Shown piece after piece: positions 44,922-58,399 of a stretch of 64,000 nucleotides of DNA. Every line of letters starts with the position of its first letter. Positions within the stretch are counted from its first letter, which is position 1. The DNA is taken from NCBI GenBank assembly GCA_963920595.1, contig OY986949.1:1550001-1614000 (forward strand). The letters are read 5' to 3'. Both the position numbers and the translations under genes were made by a program. The stretch is from Eimeria praecox. Lineage: Eukaryota. Under the pieces are notes generated by a model. The model was not told the DNA's origin. It was given only the letters and a program-made list of their open reading frames with translations, and made no database searches.

Positions 44922-47900
44922 AAATTCTATTTATGCTATAAACGCGCTATAAAGCTGCGGCTAGACGGCCGAGGGAAGTCAGCCAAAGCTCAAGACAACA
45001 CAGGGAGCCACGTACTGCATAAAAGCTTTGAAATAGAAAACAGCCAATGCAAAGCAGCAGCACGCGGCACGCATAAAAAAGCGAAAATCGGACCTCCAAG
45101 GCAAATAAGGAACAAATCAACAGCCACAGACGGGCTGAAGCGTCCCCCAAACAAAGCCAAGATATGATATTTGGTAACTCTAAAAAGGAAGAAAGCTCAT
45201 GTAGATCAGAGTAACCAGGCGATGATGCATTGGCTACCCTGTATGGAGCAAGATAACTCAGAGCCAGCGAGACTACTGGGGATGCTGCCGCTGCTTCTCT
45301 TGGCTTCTTTTCCCTCCTGCTGCGTGTGTTGACGGTGCTAATGCTTTCGAGACTATCGAAGGCAATGCAGCAATCCACATGCTGGCGGGAGAACCCTGCA
45401 AAAGGTTAGCTGCAGAAATGCTAGCTGGAATGGAACATAACGGCTGGTCTCCAGCTGCCTGACCAGAAGACAATTGTGTGTAGTAGTCCGCCTTGAGCTG
45501 CTCAACCTGCTGCTGCTGCTCCTGTTGCTTGTGCTGCTTTGCTCTCTGCCGCAAGTATACGGGAGAATGAGCAGCGATGGCAAAGGAGCGGCTGTTATCC
45601 CCTAGAATATTGCAGTCACAAATAAAGTGAGCATGCTAATGGGAGTCCCAGGGTCGCATTCAATGTTATCTGTGCATGCAGTTGAAACTGGCAACAAACG
45701 AGCCTGCCACTGGAGTTGCAGCAGCCGCTGCAGCCGTGCCCTTTGTAGGAAAGATTGGTTGAGGTGATCTACACATGCAATGCTTTCCGCCGCGAAGAAG
45801 GGGCTAGTAGATGCAGCTGAAGTCAAGGCTGTTGCTGTCCTCTTGCAGGGAGCCGTCTTTGGGTGATGCTGCGCTGACTGGTCAAGTGCTGCGGCGTTGC
45901 TCTTGAACTGCATGCAGTTGGCGACTGTGGATCAAATGGCTGTCTATAAGTGCGTAATTTTCATCCTTGACAAGAGTTGTTCATAGAGGTGCTCCTTTTC
46001 TGCTGATTGCAGCGGGAGCTGCCGCGGAGTGCTGGAGTTGGAACATGGAGCTTCTGCGGCTTCGCCACTAAATTCATGGGCTTAATTGAGATGAAACCGA
46101 AAAGGCAACAGCGGTGAAAAATTCAAAAAATGGATGTTTTACGCTGAAACCCGCAAAGGCCGTCGCGTCATTCGTGCCGGACGAACCAGGCCCTGGCCTC
46201 TACAAGGCGCCTGCCTCAGTGCATGCAGAGAAACGAAAGTAACGAAGCAGCAAATATCCATTCAAGAATATTTCAGCTGTTCTTGCTTGCCAGAAGCATT
46301 CAAGCCAAGCTCAAACTAAAAGGGAAATCTGTGATGCCCATAGACTTCTCGCCTGCAACTGCTGGGCATGGCGAGCTCCGGTCACGACAACACCTGTACA
46401 AAGGCCACAGGGTGAAAATTTAATGTATTTGAAACGCGTGTTATAGAGGCATTTCATGCTCTTTGAGCATGTAGAAACTTTTGCGACGACGGTTTCATCC
46501 AAGGGTGTTCAGTGTTTGCATCTCATGGTCTGCGAGCCACCGAGCGGAAGGTCAGTGAAGGCGAAGGTGCACGTACAGTGAAAGTGCGCATAAATCTGCC
46601 CATCAGTCTCTTATTCCCCCTTCATGAATATGGGGTTCGTTTCCGCTGCGCCCTGATGGTCCCTCTATTTTTAAAGTGCTCTTTAGCAGTGGCATTTGTT
46701 GTGTCAAAGGCCGAACACCCTGGCGCTAGTTAACCTTCAATACGCACATGCATGCTGAAAAAACGTACGTGTGAAAGGGTACAAGAGGAGACTAAACCGC
46801 TGAGCCTAAGGGTATGGCTGGGGTGTAAACCTGGGCTTGCCTGCACTAGTCAGCGAAGGCCGTCCTCGCTCGTGACAGCGAAGCACAAAGGAGAGGGAAA
46901 CAGAGGAATAAACGTTAGTTTTGAATACCTCAAGTTCAAGTACTAACTGAAAAGTAACCTGTTACATCCAAGTTCACTTTTCCATAGGGATGAGGGAGTG
47001 CAGATGTTGGTTCCAGCACGTCTTCTATACATTCGGCTACAGCTGACCAAGTAGTAACTACCTTAGTTTGCTAAGGCGCGTGCGTCTTTGCCTTGAACAC
47101 TAATGCTCTGGCTACGCACGATGACACCGTAAAGGGATGGGAGCGGGTGGATGGCTGTATCTAGTGGCTTATAGGCGCTTTCAGTTTAGTGGGTCTGGAC
47201 CGAATTCTTGCCCGCTTCGAGGAATTTCATTCTGGCTTGTTCAATTCTTGGTAATTGTCCACGGGATTTTCGCCTAAGGTGCCGCCATTGTGGCTAAGGA
47301 AACTCAGGAAAGAAACAACAGCATATGGCCAAATGAAAATCGTCTCGGTAAGGGCTTTACACGCTGGCCTACGGTTCAGATGAATCTGTCATGAGGATAC
47401 TGCTTTTTATTCATGTTGCCTGCCCGACGCAAGCGCAACCCTAGTGCACACAAGCGTTGAGAGAGTGCAGCATGAGTATCAAGGCCTTGCGGCAAGAACG
47501 TTCACAGGCCATGCCTATGCGGCACAGGTTACATCCTCGCTTCCACTGATTTAATTTTATCGTTTTAATGAGTGGAAGTAGCTGGTTTATTCTCTCATAG
47601 TTCCCCAACGGGTAAGGATGCTGGTGTGGAGGGCTGGAAAAATAATGAACAGCGCAACAAACACGGGTTACTACCTCCTACAGCCATTTTGTGCACAAAG
47701 CGGAGTATATTTCTTATTCAAAGCTGAGTTTCGCTATTCCCTATGGGTAGGAGAAACCCCATTAAGCTTGGCCCATTTGTCAGAGTCTACTGAGCTCGCG
47801 AGTATAGAGCCAAATATGAAACAGACTCTGTGGATGGGCAGTCGCTCGGGGTCACCTAAAAAGGGCTAAAACTATAACGCTAGAGAATTGGAAAAGCACC

Positions 47901-48034
47901 TAAGCCTATAGTACAGCGACAGATGCCCATGCGTAGTGTGAATGTAGTGGGTATGCCGCAGCGTTTTTCCATTCATGTGTGGCTCATACCTCCAGCTGTG
48001 TATGGCAGCCAGTGGACGTAAGGGTGGCCTTTCC

Positions 48035-50249
48035 TTATTTCACTATATCTGCTATACTTGCTACATGGGTGACGCTTTCAAGCGCTGCTGTATATCTTTC
48101 TGTCAAGCGTTTAAGGATGGCGTGGTTGCCCCCTTGCGTTGATGTGCCTTGAGGCAGTGCAGTATCGGTATCTATTGCTCCGATTTCGTCTCCGAACTTT
48201 GCGGGCTTTCTCCCAATAAGAAAGGACCCTTGTACTTCCTCTGCGTTAGCATCAAAGGCTGCATAGACTGCCTCATTGGCTCCTTCGCGGGCTGAGAAGG
48301 GGGCCCTGTTTCCTGCGGACGGAGCTCTGCACCAGCCTGCACACATACAAACAGATCAGCTTGAAGGTACTGCTTTATAACCCTTGGAAGGACTAGAAGA
48401 TCGCATCCAAGAACGCTTTTTCATTTCCACCCGGGAAAGATTTTGGGAAGTTTTCCTTCTATCGGATGCCTGCTGAAACAAACTGAAGATCTGCATTTCA
48501 CTCAGCTTGATGAGCATGCATGCGGCGCCCCAAACAGGGGTGAAATCCTTGTGTTCGTGTTTAGAAATGTGGCTGTTGCCTCACCCGGAGAGAAAGAACA
48601 AACTGTAACGCGCATTTTGGGGTCCGGCGAGCTGAGCTTAAGCTGATTTCCCATGTACTGAGCTAGCGCGATTCGAGTGGCCTGTGCAGCTCGCAAAAAC
48701 AAAGTAAATTAAGCTAGTCCACTGCCTTCGCAGGAACTGAAGCATAGAAGGTGAAGTAGAGAATTGAGATTCAACAAACATTAGGATAGTTGTCAGGTTC
48801 GCGCATAAAAAGCGCTGCTTCGACACCTCAGCATGCCATCGACTTACTTGGGCGAAGGGGTATGCCAAGGCATCATAAATGCGTCTGCCGCTTGAACCTG
48901 CAGTGCAAAACTCCTCAACGAAACCGTCGGCAACCTCGTCGAGGTCCTGTGCGCACGCCCTTGACACATTTAGGTTCAGTGAACAAACACGGAACGAAAC
49001 GCAACAGTACCGACTTTAAAAAAAAGACCTTCAACAAGGTGATCTACAAATGCAGTGAACAGTAAGTCACTTTGTCAGTTGACGTTGGGCTGAATAATTT
49101 TGTATAGGCTTCGTCGTTCATCCACCTAATTGCAATTTCTGCCAGGCTGGAAGCACCAATGATCACGCGGCCCCCTGGAGCCATGAGTGGCAACAGTGCG
49201 TATGCTGCCTAAAAAATAGGAAAGGCAAGTGCACATCATACGCCATTAACCAGACTTTATGTTCATGTTCTACCTTACATGCTGCGAACCACTTCTCGTG
49301 TGTTGGGGGTTCCTTGATGCGAGCTGGAGAAATTGGCTTTTTGCGGGCTTTTGAAGTGACTATCTGTTTGCGGCTCTAAATGCATTGGGAATGTTTTGAT
49401 CTCACAATCTTGGTTGCATGGTAGTCTACTGCCATTATGTGATCTGTATCGCCTTTACAACCCAATTCAGTGGTTGTAGGAAGCACGCCTGCATTAACAC
49501 CCAGTCACGATTCTATCTGATTGGTGCATGCTTCTGCGAAAATACCATGCAAGAAATATGCGGGGGAGTACATCCAATTTCTATAATGGAACTTCGGTTT
49601 GGTTCCATGTAGGCCCTGTTTTCTGTTTTTCATGAAAGACAGAGAATGCAAACACTAGTGCTACTGCAGCGTAAGGCAACCCCGTATGCATTCTGCACGC
49701 GTACCTGCACTATCAATCAAAATGTCGATGCTCCCAAATTTCTTCTTTAGGTTCTGGGAAAAAGCCGCCATACTCATATCGTTGCACGCATCCAGCTCGT
49801 GAAAGCCTACGCAGACTGTCGGGTGGCGTAGGCGCTCCAAACTTAGCTGAAGGGAGCAACGAAAGGTTGCAAGCACCTAAAAGTTTCAGGGGGAGAGCTG
49901 TGCATATCATGTTAAGATATCAAGAGCTTTCAACTGTCCAGGGGTGAAGCTGGAACACGGAGGTGACCCCCCCTCACGGCACACTGCAGGGAGAAATCTC
50001 TGATCATATGCTGCTTACTAGGCCCTCTTCTTTGTCTTTTGTAGTTATAATGACGGTGTGAGCGCCATGACTTTGAATTTTTGACAAGCGATCGCATACA
50101 GCGCAAACGATTTCCATCCCGAGACCACTGGTGCAGCCAGAAACAACGACCACCAAACCCTTTTTCCTTATCTTCTTAAGCTCTTCTCGCCTTCTAAGGA
50201 TAAATTTCAAAGCTACCCAAGCCCATTTTGCGCTAATTAAGAAAGCCAT
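48035..50249 (-). CDS. Short-chain dehydrogenase/reductase, carbonyl reductase (CBR1)-like, with degenerate catalytic motifs
   Basis: VVVSGCTSGLG (Rossmann), FHELD, KKKFGSIDILIDSA, LLPLMAPGGRVI, VCSFSPGW and APFSAREGA follow the CBR1 layout. Confidence 0.8.
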
Positions 50250-50950
50250 TGTGGAGCCCGAAACCTTGATTCGCAAACAGCAAGTCGAAGCGACCCCCGA
50301 CGGCCGCGTGATCCAAGAAGCAAGAAGAGCCCAGCTGAGAAAAGACTTAACTGGATGGTCTAATAGCTGATATAAGCTAAAAACAAGTAATTCTGACGTT
50401 TTCACGCTAAACTCCCCAGTTTTAGGCTTGAGGCACAAAGCCTGCCGGGTCACAGAACGGAAAAATGTCGTCGGCGGTCACGTCAGCTTAAAGCTTGAGT
50501 TTTCTTGCTAATTTTAGAAGTTTACGGATCGCTTAGAGGCTATGTGTCATAATCATGAACGAAACCGAAAAACCGAGCATTCTCGCCTGGTGTAAGGAGG
50601 CGCGCCAACTAGCCATGGCGCGTAGAGCAGCGCAGTCATAGTTTAAGAAGCCGCCATACGGCGACGGATTCTACTTGTAAATGACCGAGCCCTCATTGCT
50701 TATCAAAGAAGGCCGCTTGTATTTTTCCAAAACGGTGTACCACAGGTATAACAAGGAACTACCCCCGGAGGTTATAGACAAGCATGGCTCGACAAGTTTC
50801 CACTGACCCACGCGGGTGCGATTACCTCCTTTGAACAAAAAGAAACTACCTGCCTAATCCTAAATCTATTAATTTACTCTGTTGTATTTTATTGCACACC
50901 TGTGCATATCCCTACCCTACCACTTCCTAAACCAGGTGGGGAAATCATCA

Positions 50951-51127
50951 TGTACACACCGCCCGCCGCTGCAACCGATCGGAGGGTACTGTGAATTCCA
51001 CAGGCTGGCCAACCCCACTTTGGGGCTGGCTGGGAAGTTGTGTAAATAGAGCCCTCTAAAGGATGCAAAAGTCGTAACAGGGTTAACGTACGGTTTCCGG
51101 TTTCCGTGAACCTGCGGAAGGACCATT
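50951..51127 (+). pseudogene. 18S rRNA 3'-end fragment (rDNA pseudogene)
   Basis: TGTACACACCGCCCG...AAGTCGTAACA...GTGAACCTGCGGAAGGA(C)CATT. Substitutions occur in universal motifs and there is a duplicated GGTTTCC insertion in helix 45. No upstream 18S body. Confidence 0.92.
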
Positions 51128-51370
51128 CACACATTGCGTCTCAAAGTGATTTCATCATCGGCGAATGGCTTTTCGGAAGCGTTTTGCGATGTTGGAGCCT
51201 GCTTTGGGGGAAAGCCGAGAAACCAACGTAAATCAATCCTTGAATCGCCTTGCTTTTCCTCCACAACGTTCTTTGTAATTAAAAAAGAAGTGAATGCACT
51301 TCTTCTTGCATGAATGACGGATTTTAACGATGGAAGATCTGTCGCATGCGCGTGGGGATGTTAGCACATG
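51128..51370 (+). other. Probable ITS1 fragment attached to the 18S piece (3' boundary uncertain)
   Basis: Directly follows the 18S end (CATTCACAC..); no clear 5.8S follows. Confidence 0.55.
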
Positions 51371-52040
51371 CAGGGCTACTGTTCGGTATACACGGGTGCA
51401 GCGTATAAACAGAGAAAGTCCGCCTTAACTACATCTCCCAAAAGGTCTTCCCTGTCAAATTCAGGATATCATCATCCAAAGCTTATATTATCCGCCGAAA
51501 TAGTATTTTCCTTGGCATGGCAAGCATTCACTAGATAGAGCAACATGGGGGCTGCGGCCGTTTGCATCCCAATAACCTCAACAGTAAATAAGCGTTTAAG
51601 TTAATCTTGCTCAATCCACGTGTACTTCCAGCCCTACGTCAGTCAGCGTTGGTAGGCAGAGTAGCAGTTTCAGTTTGAGAACCTAATATAAGGCAGGCGA
51701 TTCTTCCCGCAATTTAGAATCCCCCCTTCTTCATTGCAGAAAGTTACTTGCATTCGTTAAAAATGGTGTACTGCAACTACAGCACATCTTTTTCACTGCT
51801 CAGCATGGACTCATGCGAGCTAAGATACGCAGCCCGGTGCGTAACCTACTGCTAGCAGTGCGCTAGTCCCCTTGGTCCGGGGAGTGTAAGTACTAAAGAT
51901 GGGTCTTCAGCAGGAGCTAGTAACGAGCTGAGCAGGGCCCCTTCAGTATGAAGGCTGAGAGACCGCCTCCATAGAGAGAAGCCACCTTGGCTCGTGGCTG
52001 AAGCATGTTCGCAGTCACCCATAATGACGGGCTCTCCGTT

Positions 52041-55000
52041 TTATAGGCCTGCCTTGTCTAGTAGCTGCAGGAGCTCCTGCAGTTGTGTTCTGCACCGACA
52101 ACAGCGCACAAGCAAGCAGCTGGGAATCTCTGCTGCTGTTGAAGGTCCAGTGGCACGATTTAACAAATGCATGCAGATGGAATCACTTGCAAATCTATGC
52201 ATTCACCATTTGGAACAGCAATGCCACGGTCTATGACTACTACGGACTTGTTCGCGCGGATAGCAATAGCCTCCTGGCCGTTCTTCTTCGCCTGCACTGC
52301 GGCCCCATGGCTGGTTACTTCCACAAGGAGCTCCTTCAGCTTCAGTTTGGTCAAAGACATAGAAACTCCACTTGCCTCCGTCCCGAGGTCTGCGAGGCTA
52401 ACTATGGGCGACTCGTTTCTGCACCACCAACGCAAGAAGACAGTCACAATGTCATGAAGGAGGGTTTACCACGAGCCATAGCCCCGCAAGAGTGGATAGA
52501 CACATTTACTGCTTGCGTTCATGTGCTTTTTACATAAGTTTCTTTAAGCTTCTCGACTACTTTGTCTTTACATCTTCCCTCAACAGCCCCTGCCAATAAA
52601 GATCACACCTCTCGATCTGAGCCAGCTGCATTTCGGCGATACATCGAAGGAGACGCTTGTGGTTCGTTGTGAGCCCGCGCATAACCACTTCAAAATTGAC
52701 ACTGTTGCCGCTGCCGCCGCTGCCCTGGACCCGACTGGCTTCCCACAACCAGCCCGGGACAAAGCCGCACATGGACCCCCACTGACTGAGTACCTCCTCC
52801 CTGCAGATTCAATGTACAGATACAAACCAAGCAGCAAAATGGGCACAAGAAAAGATCAGAAGAAGCTTTTAAGCACCCTTGCCATGAGACGAAGCCTATC
52901 GGTTTGTTGCTCCGGGGCAGCCTACTGCAGCAACAAGCGGCGGCACTCCAGCATATCTGGATTTTCAAGGGAACTGGTTGGCGTGCAGGAGCCCAATTTT
53001 CACTGTGCATATAGAAGAAGGTCCAGGCCAGGGAATAGAAACACCATGCAAGAAAATAAACCAGAGAAGGTCGCAGGGGATTGCATGCGCGCCATACCTA
53101 TAGTCACGCCGCGTATGGGCCGTCTCAAACACAAAACGGAAATCGCGCAACTCTGCCGCATCCAAAAGAACTGCGTGCAGCAGGTGGTCAGCGCTGCAGA
53201 TCAGGCGAATCTGAAGCACGCCCAAGAAAGCACGCATGCGTAGTAGCTTGGCAAGCAGTTGTCATAAAGCGGCCCTTGCTATCATGCTGACGGAGGAAAC
53301 GCCAAGGGTGCTGCAAGGGCTTGAAATCAAAGAAGCAAGCAGAGCTCAAGGAAACAAAACGGGAAAATCTTACTTGCCTTATCACAAGACGCGAGAGCTG
53401 CGAGGTGGCGGCGGCCGTCCGTAAGGTTCGAACTGTCGAAACCAATAACGACGAGATAAAGCGGGTGCGCGCACTGCCGTAGCAACGCCTTGAGCTCCTG
53501 TATTGCAGCAGCCATCCATTCTGGCAAAAGGTAGAGCTCATTTGAGCAATTGCGCATGGGCAACGCGTGCCATACGGGCCGCGAGAAATTCTAGAGGGAA
53601 CATACGAGATCTTACCTTAACAAGCCTCTCAGATGAGGCACTGCTTCCCCCTGCAGGTTGGGCAGCAGCGATGGTAGCTGCTGCTGCTGCGGTGTACTTA
53701 GTCTGCGTTCGGAGGTGGCTGCGGACGACCTGCACGGCTGCTTGAAGAGCCTGGTGGAGTTTGAACTCACGCTGATACGCGTTAAGAACGCAGCAAAAGC
53801 CATCACTGCGACACAACAGCAGCCGGCGCTCAATGCACGCACTCTACACTCAGAGACCTAACCCTTTCCCGAGTCAACTGGTGTAAAAACCGAGGCATAT
53901 GTCATGGGTTGAAAAGTATGCACACGGTGTTACGTTCAAATGACTGCTTGGTACAACTGCGAATCGGCATGCCCGGAAAGGGGGCAGTTAGTACCTTAGC
54001 AGCGAAGTGGCGAACTCGCGCAGCAAATGCCCTTTACTGCCGCACCCAGCAACAAGAATGTTCCAACCGCTCATCAGCAGGCACTTCCACCTCACTCCCA
54101 GTAGTTGTAGCTGCGACAGCATAGGACTGTCGGGAAGGCGAAATGCATCAGAGTGGCTGTTTCTATGCTGGTTTCAACCGACGGCGACGGAAAGCTGTGG
54201 ATTAATGGCCGCATGGCTCTGCCAGGGATCGCCTCATGCCAGTTCGGCTGCCTTACTTGCTCTCTCATTACGCACTCCTTTATCGGGCCGTTTTGCTCGG
54301 GAAGATTCAAAACGCTCTCTTGTAGCTGTCTTATAGGGTGCAGCTCTGTGAAAGACAGCAAGAAGATCGTGCACAGTCTCATACTTACACTCACAGCAGG
54401 AGATGGCGCCCTGAGGGGTGCGTGAATACAAAGCCAGCAAGACGAGTATGAAAAGGGGGAGGTAACAAGGCCGTACCCGAATCTCCAAGTACTTCAGACT
54501 GAGAAGCATCGGCATGTGCCTCGTGGGGGGGTTCATGCTTGCCCATCCTGTCCCGCCCTGGATGGGCTGCGCGGTCCGTCTGCGTGTCTACTTTTGGCCT
54601 TCTGGAATTTTGCCCTGCGTTGCGAGACATTTGTAGCCTATTTCCCTCGCTGATGAAGCTGAGAAGACTGATGGGCAGGCTTGCATCCTCGTTGCCTGCC
54701 CTTATACTTGCACAAAAAAGCATGTCGTAGGCGGCTAACAGCACCGGGCTTTCATCATCCATCTGCAGAGAGGCCTCACGAACGGAAGCTGCTGCGGCTG
54801 CTTCCGGGTTAAAGGCATTGCTGAAGGAACAAAACAACCTCAATATCGCAGACCTGAACCCTATAGCTGGCATGCAAGCAACTGCAGATACACCCTGCTA
54901 CGAATAATGGTATATGAGAAAACGCAAACATCACCTGCTATGGCGGGGATTGAATCAAGAAATGCAATATCCAGTGGTCTTCGCAAGCAACTCTTCGCAT

Positions 55001-57834
55001 GCACTGCTTATCGGGGGCACCTATATTGCATTAAGCCCTATGCCCGAAGCTCTGTACGCCTAGGGTCCACAGCTAAAGGCCTCTCACCTCTCGTATTGCT
55101 TGTCTCCCAAAAGGGGGCTCGCACTCCTCCCTTCTTCTGGTCCATCTTCCCCGCTGCTGCTGCTGCTGCTGCTGCTGGTCTCTGCTCCTAATTCACAGCC
55201 TCTCCTTCTCTTCCGCTTCTGTCCCCTTGTGCTGCACACCGCATGCGATGCCTATGCGCGCTAAAAGGTTTTCCCGCATTATAAATAACTATTTAGGAAG
55301 AACATAAATAAATAATTACTTATTTAATATCAAGGAAGAAACAGCCAGAATGCACACATGAATATATCTGGATATCGAGAGGCAACACAAAAATAAGGCC
55401 TCTACAGACTTCCCGTGCCTAGTTCAAGCGCATACATCTTTCGAAATATTCATTCGCATAATTGGTGCCAAATGAGAGGTGAAAACCACGGAGTGATGAT
55501 CGACTTTCTTACCCAACGCGCGGCCTTCGCGTGTGAGCGGTTGACAGTCGCTGAAGATGAAGTAAGCGCTCCTTATGCTGCCTGTTCGACCACTGTAGCA
55601 GGCGACGGGCTCTATCTGCATCCCGAAAGCATGATGCGTTGGATTTCGCTGAGGTTCCTAAGACACCCAACTCAACGGGCAATGCCAAGCGCAAGCTTCC
55701 GTTGCAGGCCGCCTCGCGCTGCAGTAGGGGCTTGAAGCGACCGAATTGTCGCACAAGCCATGCAGCATCGCCCTCTTCAAAGGCAGCGACCTCGGAACTA
55801 TTTGCACTCGGATTCGCAGCAGGTGCCATTCCTTGAAGCTGCTGATTTGTATAACAGTTCCAAAGGAGAAGGTCTAGGTTGTTGCGAAGGTAACAACAAA
55901 TATGATGCAGTGGTAGAATACCCGGTAAGGCGCAATATACAACATGCCTCCAAGTAGCGCAAGAAAATTAAAGACCTACGCAGAGCCCACTGGCTGGACT
56001 TCCCCCCGACTATAGAGACAGAGAAATGGCGAAACACTGATGCTGATGCTGGAAAGAGCGATGACTGGTGCACGTTCAATGGAATTACAAGGTTTCAGCT
56101 AAGTTACGGAACATAAATAACTAACGCCTAAACTGTTTATGCGTCGGCAGCAGTCGGGTGGGAAGGAGTTGGTCGGTGGGGTTGTTCGCATGCAGTCGCG
56201 CCCCCCCATCAACTGTTCTTACCTCAAGTGTTTGTGAGTAAAGAGCTTGTCAACGCTACTGCTTCCGCTATGCAGCCACCAATTATGTATTTTTACTTAT
56301 TTACAGTATGTTCCCCTTAGATTTCAGTTCTTTACGGAGTCTCGAGGGCACCTGCGCCTTCGTTTCTTGAACTCCTGCTGACGTGCCACAGCCGGCTGCA
56401 GCAATCCCTGCCTTACGTAAGTAAATGTATTTCTGATTGACCGCAGGCTGACTGCTGACGACGAAATACGCGTTTAACAAATTTCTAAACTTACTGTGTG
56501 CGCTGAAAATGCGCTTGCGTATGCTTGCATGAGGGATCCCCGTGCAGCAAGTGTTGGCGCAATGAGAACTGCAACTCATGACACACTGCCTCCTCTCCGC
56601 ACCAGCACCAGGTCCTTGTGCTGCTGTCCGCAGAACACCTGGACACTGGAGAGAAAGCCATATGCTTTGGGGGGGCACTTACCTCACATAGTTCGATTGT
56701 AGCATACGTTGGTCCTCTTCTAATGCCGATGAATCTAGACTCCCCCTGGCAGAACACAAAGGTTCAAAGGGGCAAAAGCAAGCTGCTGGCCCCACCAGCC
56801 TCGCCCTCATAGCTGGGGTATCTAGGTACATGGCACTTTCTGGTGGTGAACGTCTTTGCGTGGAGATATATGCAGCATGCCCTGCATCATGTTAATGTTA
56901 GTATCAGTGCTTGCTCGCAGGCTCACTATGGAGTATCAAGCAAATATTTAATACAGTGTGCCTTGCAGTCTACAGTACTACCGCATGGAGCAAAGAGGCA
57001 TTGGCTGTGTGTGCATGTGAGGCTGCCGTGCAGCAATAGCTGTAGCGGAGAGCGTTGCAGCCTATGATAGAATGGCCCTTACCCCCACCAGAACAGGCCC
57101 TTTGCCCGCTCTGCTGAGGAGGCCTGGATGCTGAAAAGGTGGCCAACGGTTTTTTTGAATGGGGATGCAAAGCACAGTCAGGAACCATGCTGAGCAGAAG
57201 TAAGGTGGAAATTTAGTTTTCGCCGGGGGGGATGCAGAATGTGCACCTGCCCCAGCGGAAAGTAAATTTCCACCAAGAACCATTCATTAAAATACCTTCG
57301 CCTCTGCCGACTATCCAGCCACAACTGGCGGTGCGAAGCCGGGTCATTGAAGGATTCCCTGTGTCCCCTCGGTTTATATCTTCGCCTTCAAAAAGTACCG
57401 GACGATCTACGAATGGTGTTGGCATTCTCTCTGCTAGAAGGAAGCTCACGGCATTGGTGGCTACATCTAAACAAAGGTTTCGTTCCTTGAGAGCATCAGG
57501 ACAATCGAAGGCTCCCGCTATGTTCTGCGACACGAGCTTATTCGTAAATCTGCACGGGAACAAGCTACAGTAAAACTGGGTGAAATTTGCCAAGTGAAGC
57601 TGCCAAAGGGACGCTGCATCGAGGACAAGTATCAGTCATTTATGAACAGAAGTTCAGAAGTCCAGCAGTAGCCCGAGAGCATCTATAAAACTAGGTGTTT
57701 GCAGCGCTGTCCCCCGGCGAGAGGCAAGCCGCAGCCGAATGTGCCTCGGATAAGGAAATAAGTGGTGAAATAGTTAACTTTGTCCAGATGATGGAGTACC
57801 TTCGCATAGCAGAAAGAAAAAAAGCCACATTCAT
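52041..57834 (-). CDS. Large multi-exon hypothetical protein (boundaries approximate)
   Basis: Chain of minus-strand coding-like ORFs bounded by GT/AG (e.g. within 57213-57593, 55509-55829, 54391-54873, 53538-53816, 52965-53237, 52160-52447). Plausible start MNVAFFLSAMRR|FTNK and end ..LLQLLDKAGL*. No motif recognised. Confidence 0.5.
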
Positions 57835-58399
57835 AGGTCTAGATAAATGCGAAACACCGGTTTTGGAAACAAACAAGATTGAGGGTCTATGGATATCGGA
57901 TCTGTGAATGCTAGACCCGTCCAGAAAAGGGGTAGAAGAGGCAAGAGGCAGCAGCTGGCGAATTCGGCAACCGGGAAGCCGGGAGGATGCATGGGGCAGC
58001 GTATTTGCGTCTTCAGCAAAGCACAAGATCACGTGGTTTGCAATTGCAGAAGTGTGGGAAAAGCAAAGGAACTGGAGAATCAGGGTTTCAAGTCGTGTTG
58101 CGAGGGAAACAAACAAAGATATCAGGAAAACGTCCGGTTCCCCACGTAAAGTGGGGCGCAGTGGTGGGCGTGAAATGTGATGGGGGTGAAAGGGTTAAAA
58201 GCCGCACCGACAGATCCTTCTCGAGTTAAATGAGTGCTTCTCCAAGTTCTCCTTAATGGTCAGGAGTTGTTAGAGCAACTTGATACAGGCTGTGAAGTGG
58301 AACTGCTATTTGAAGCCGTAGCGGCATGCTGCAACTTACGAGCTCATTCGATAGCGTAGTCCCTGCGACTAAGCTTTCCAGATACTTTCCAGATGGCGA

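Noticed and set aside
44947..46100. Minus-strand ORFs upstream of the kelch gene
   Set aside because: No coherent splice chain or motif; more likely a long 5'UTR or intergenic DNA.
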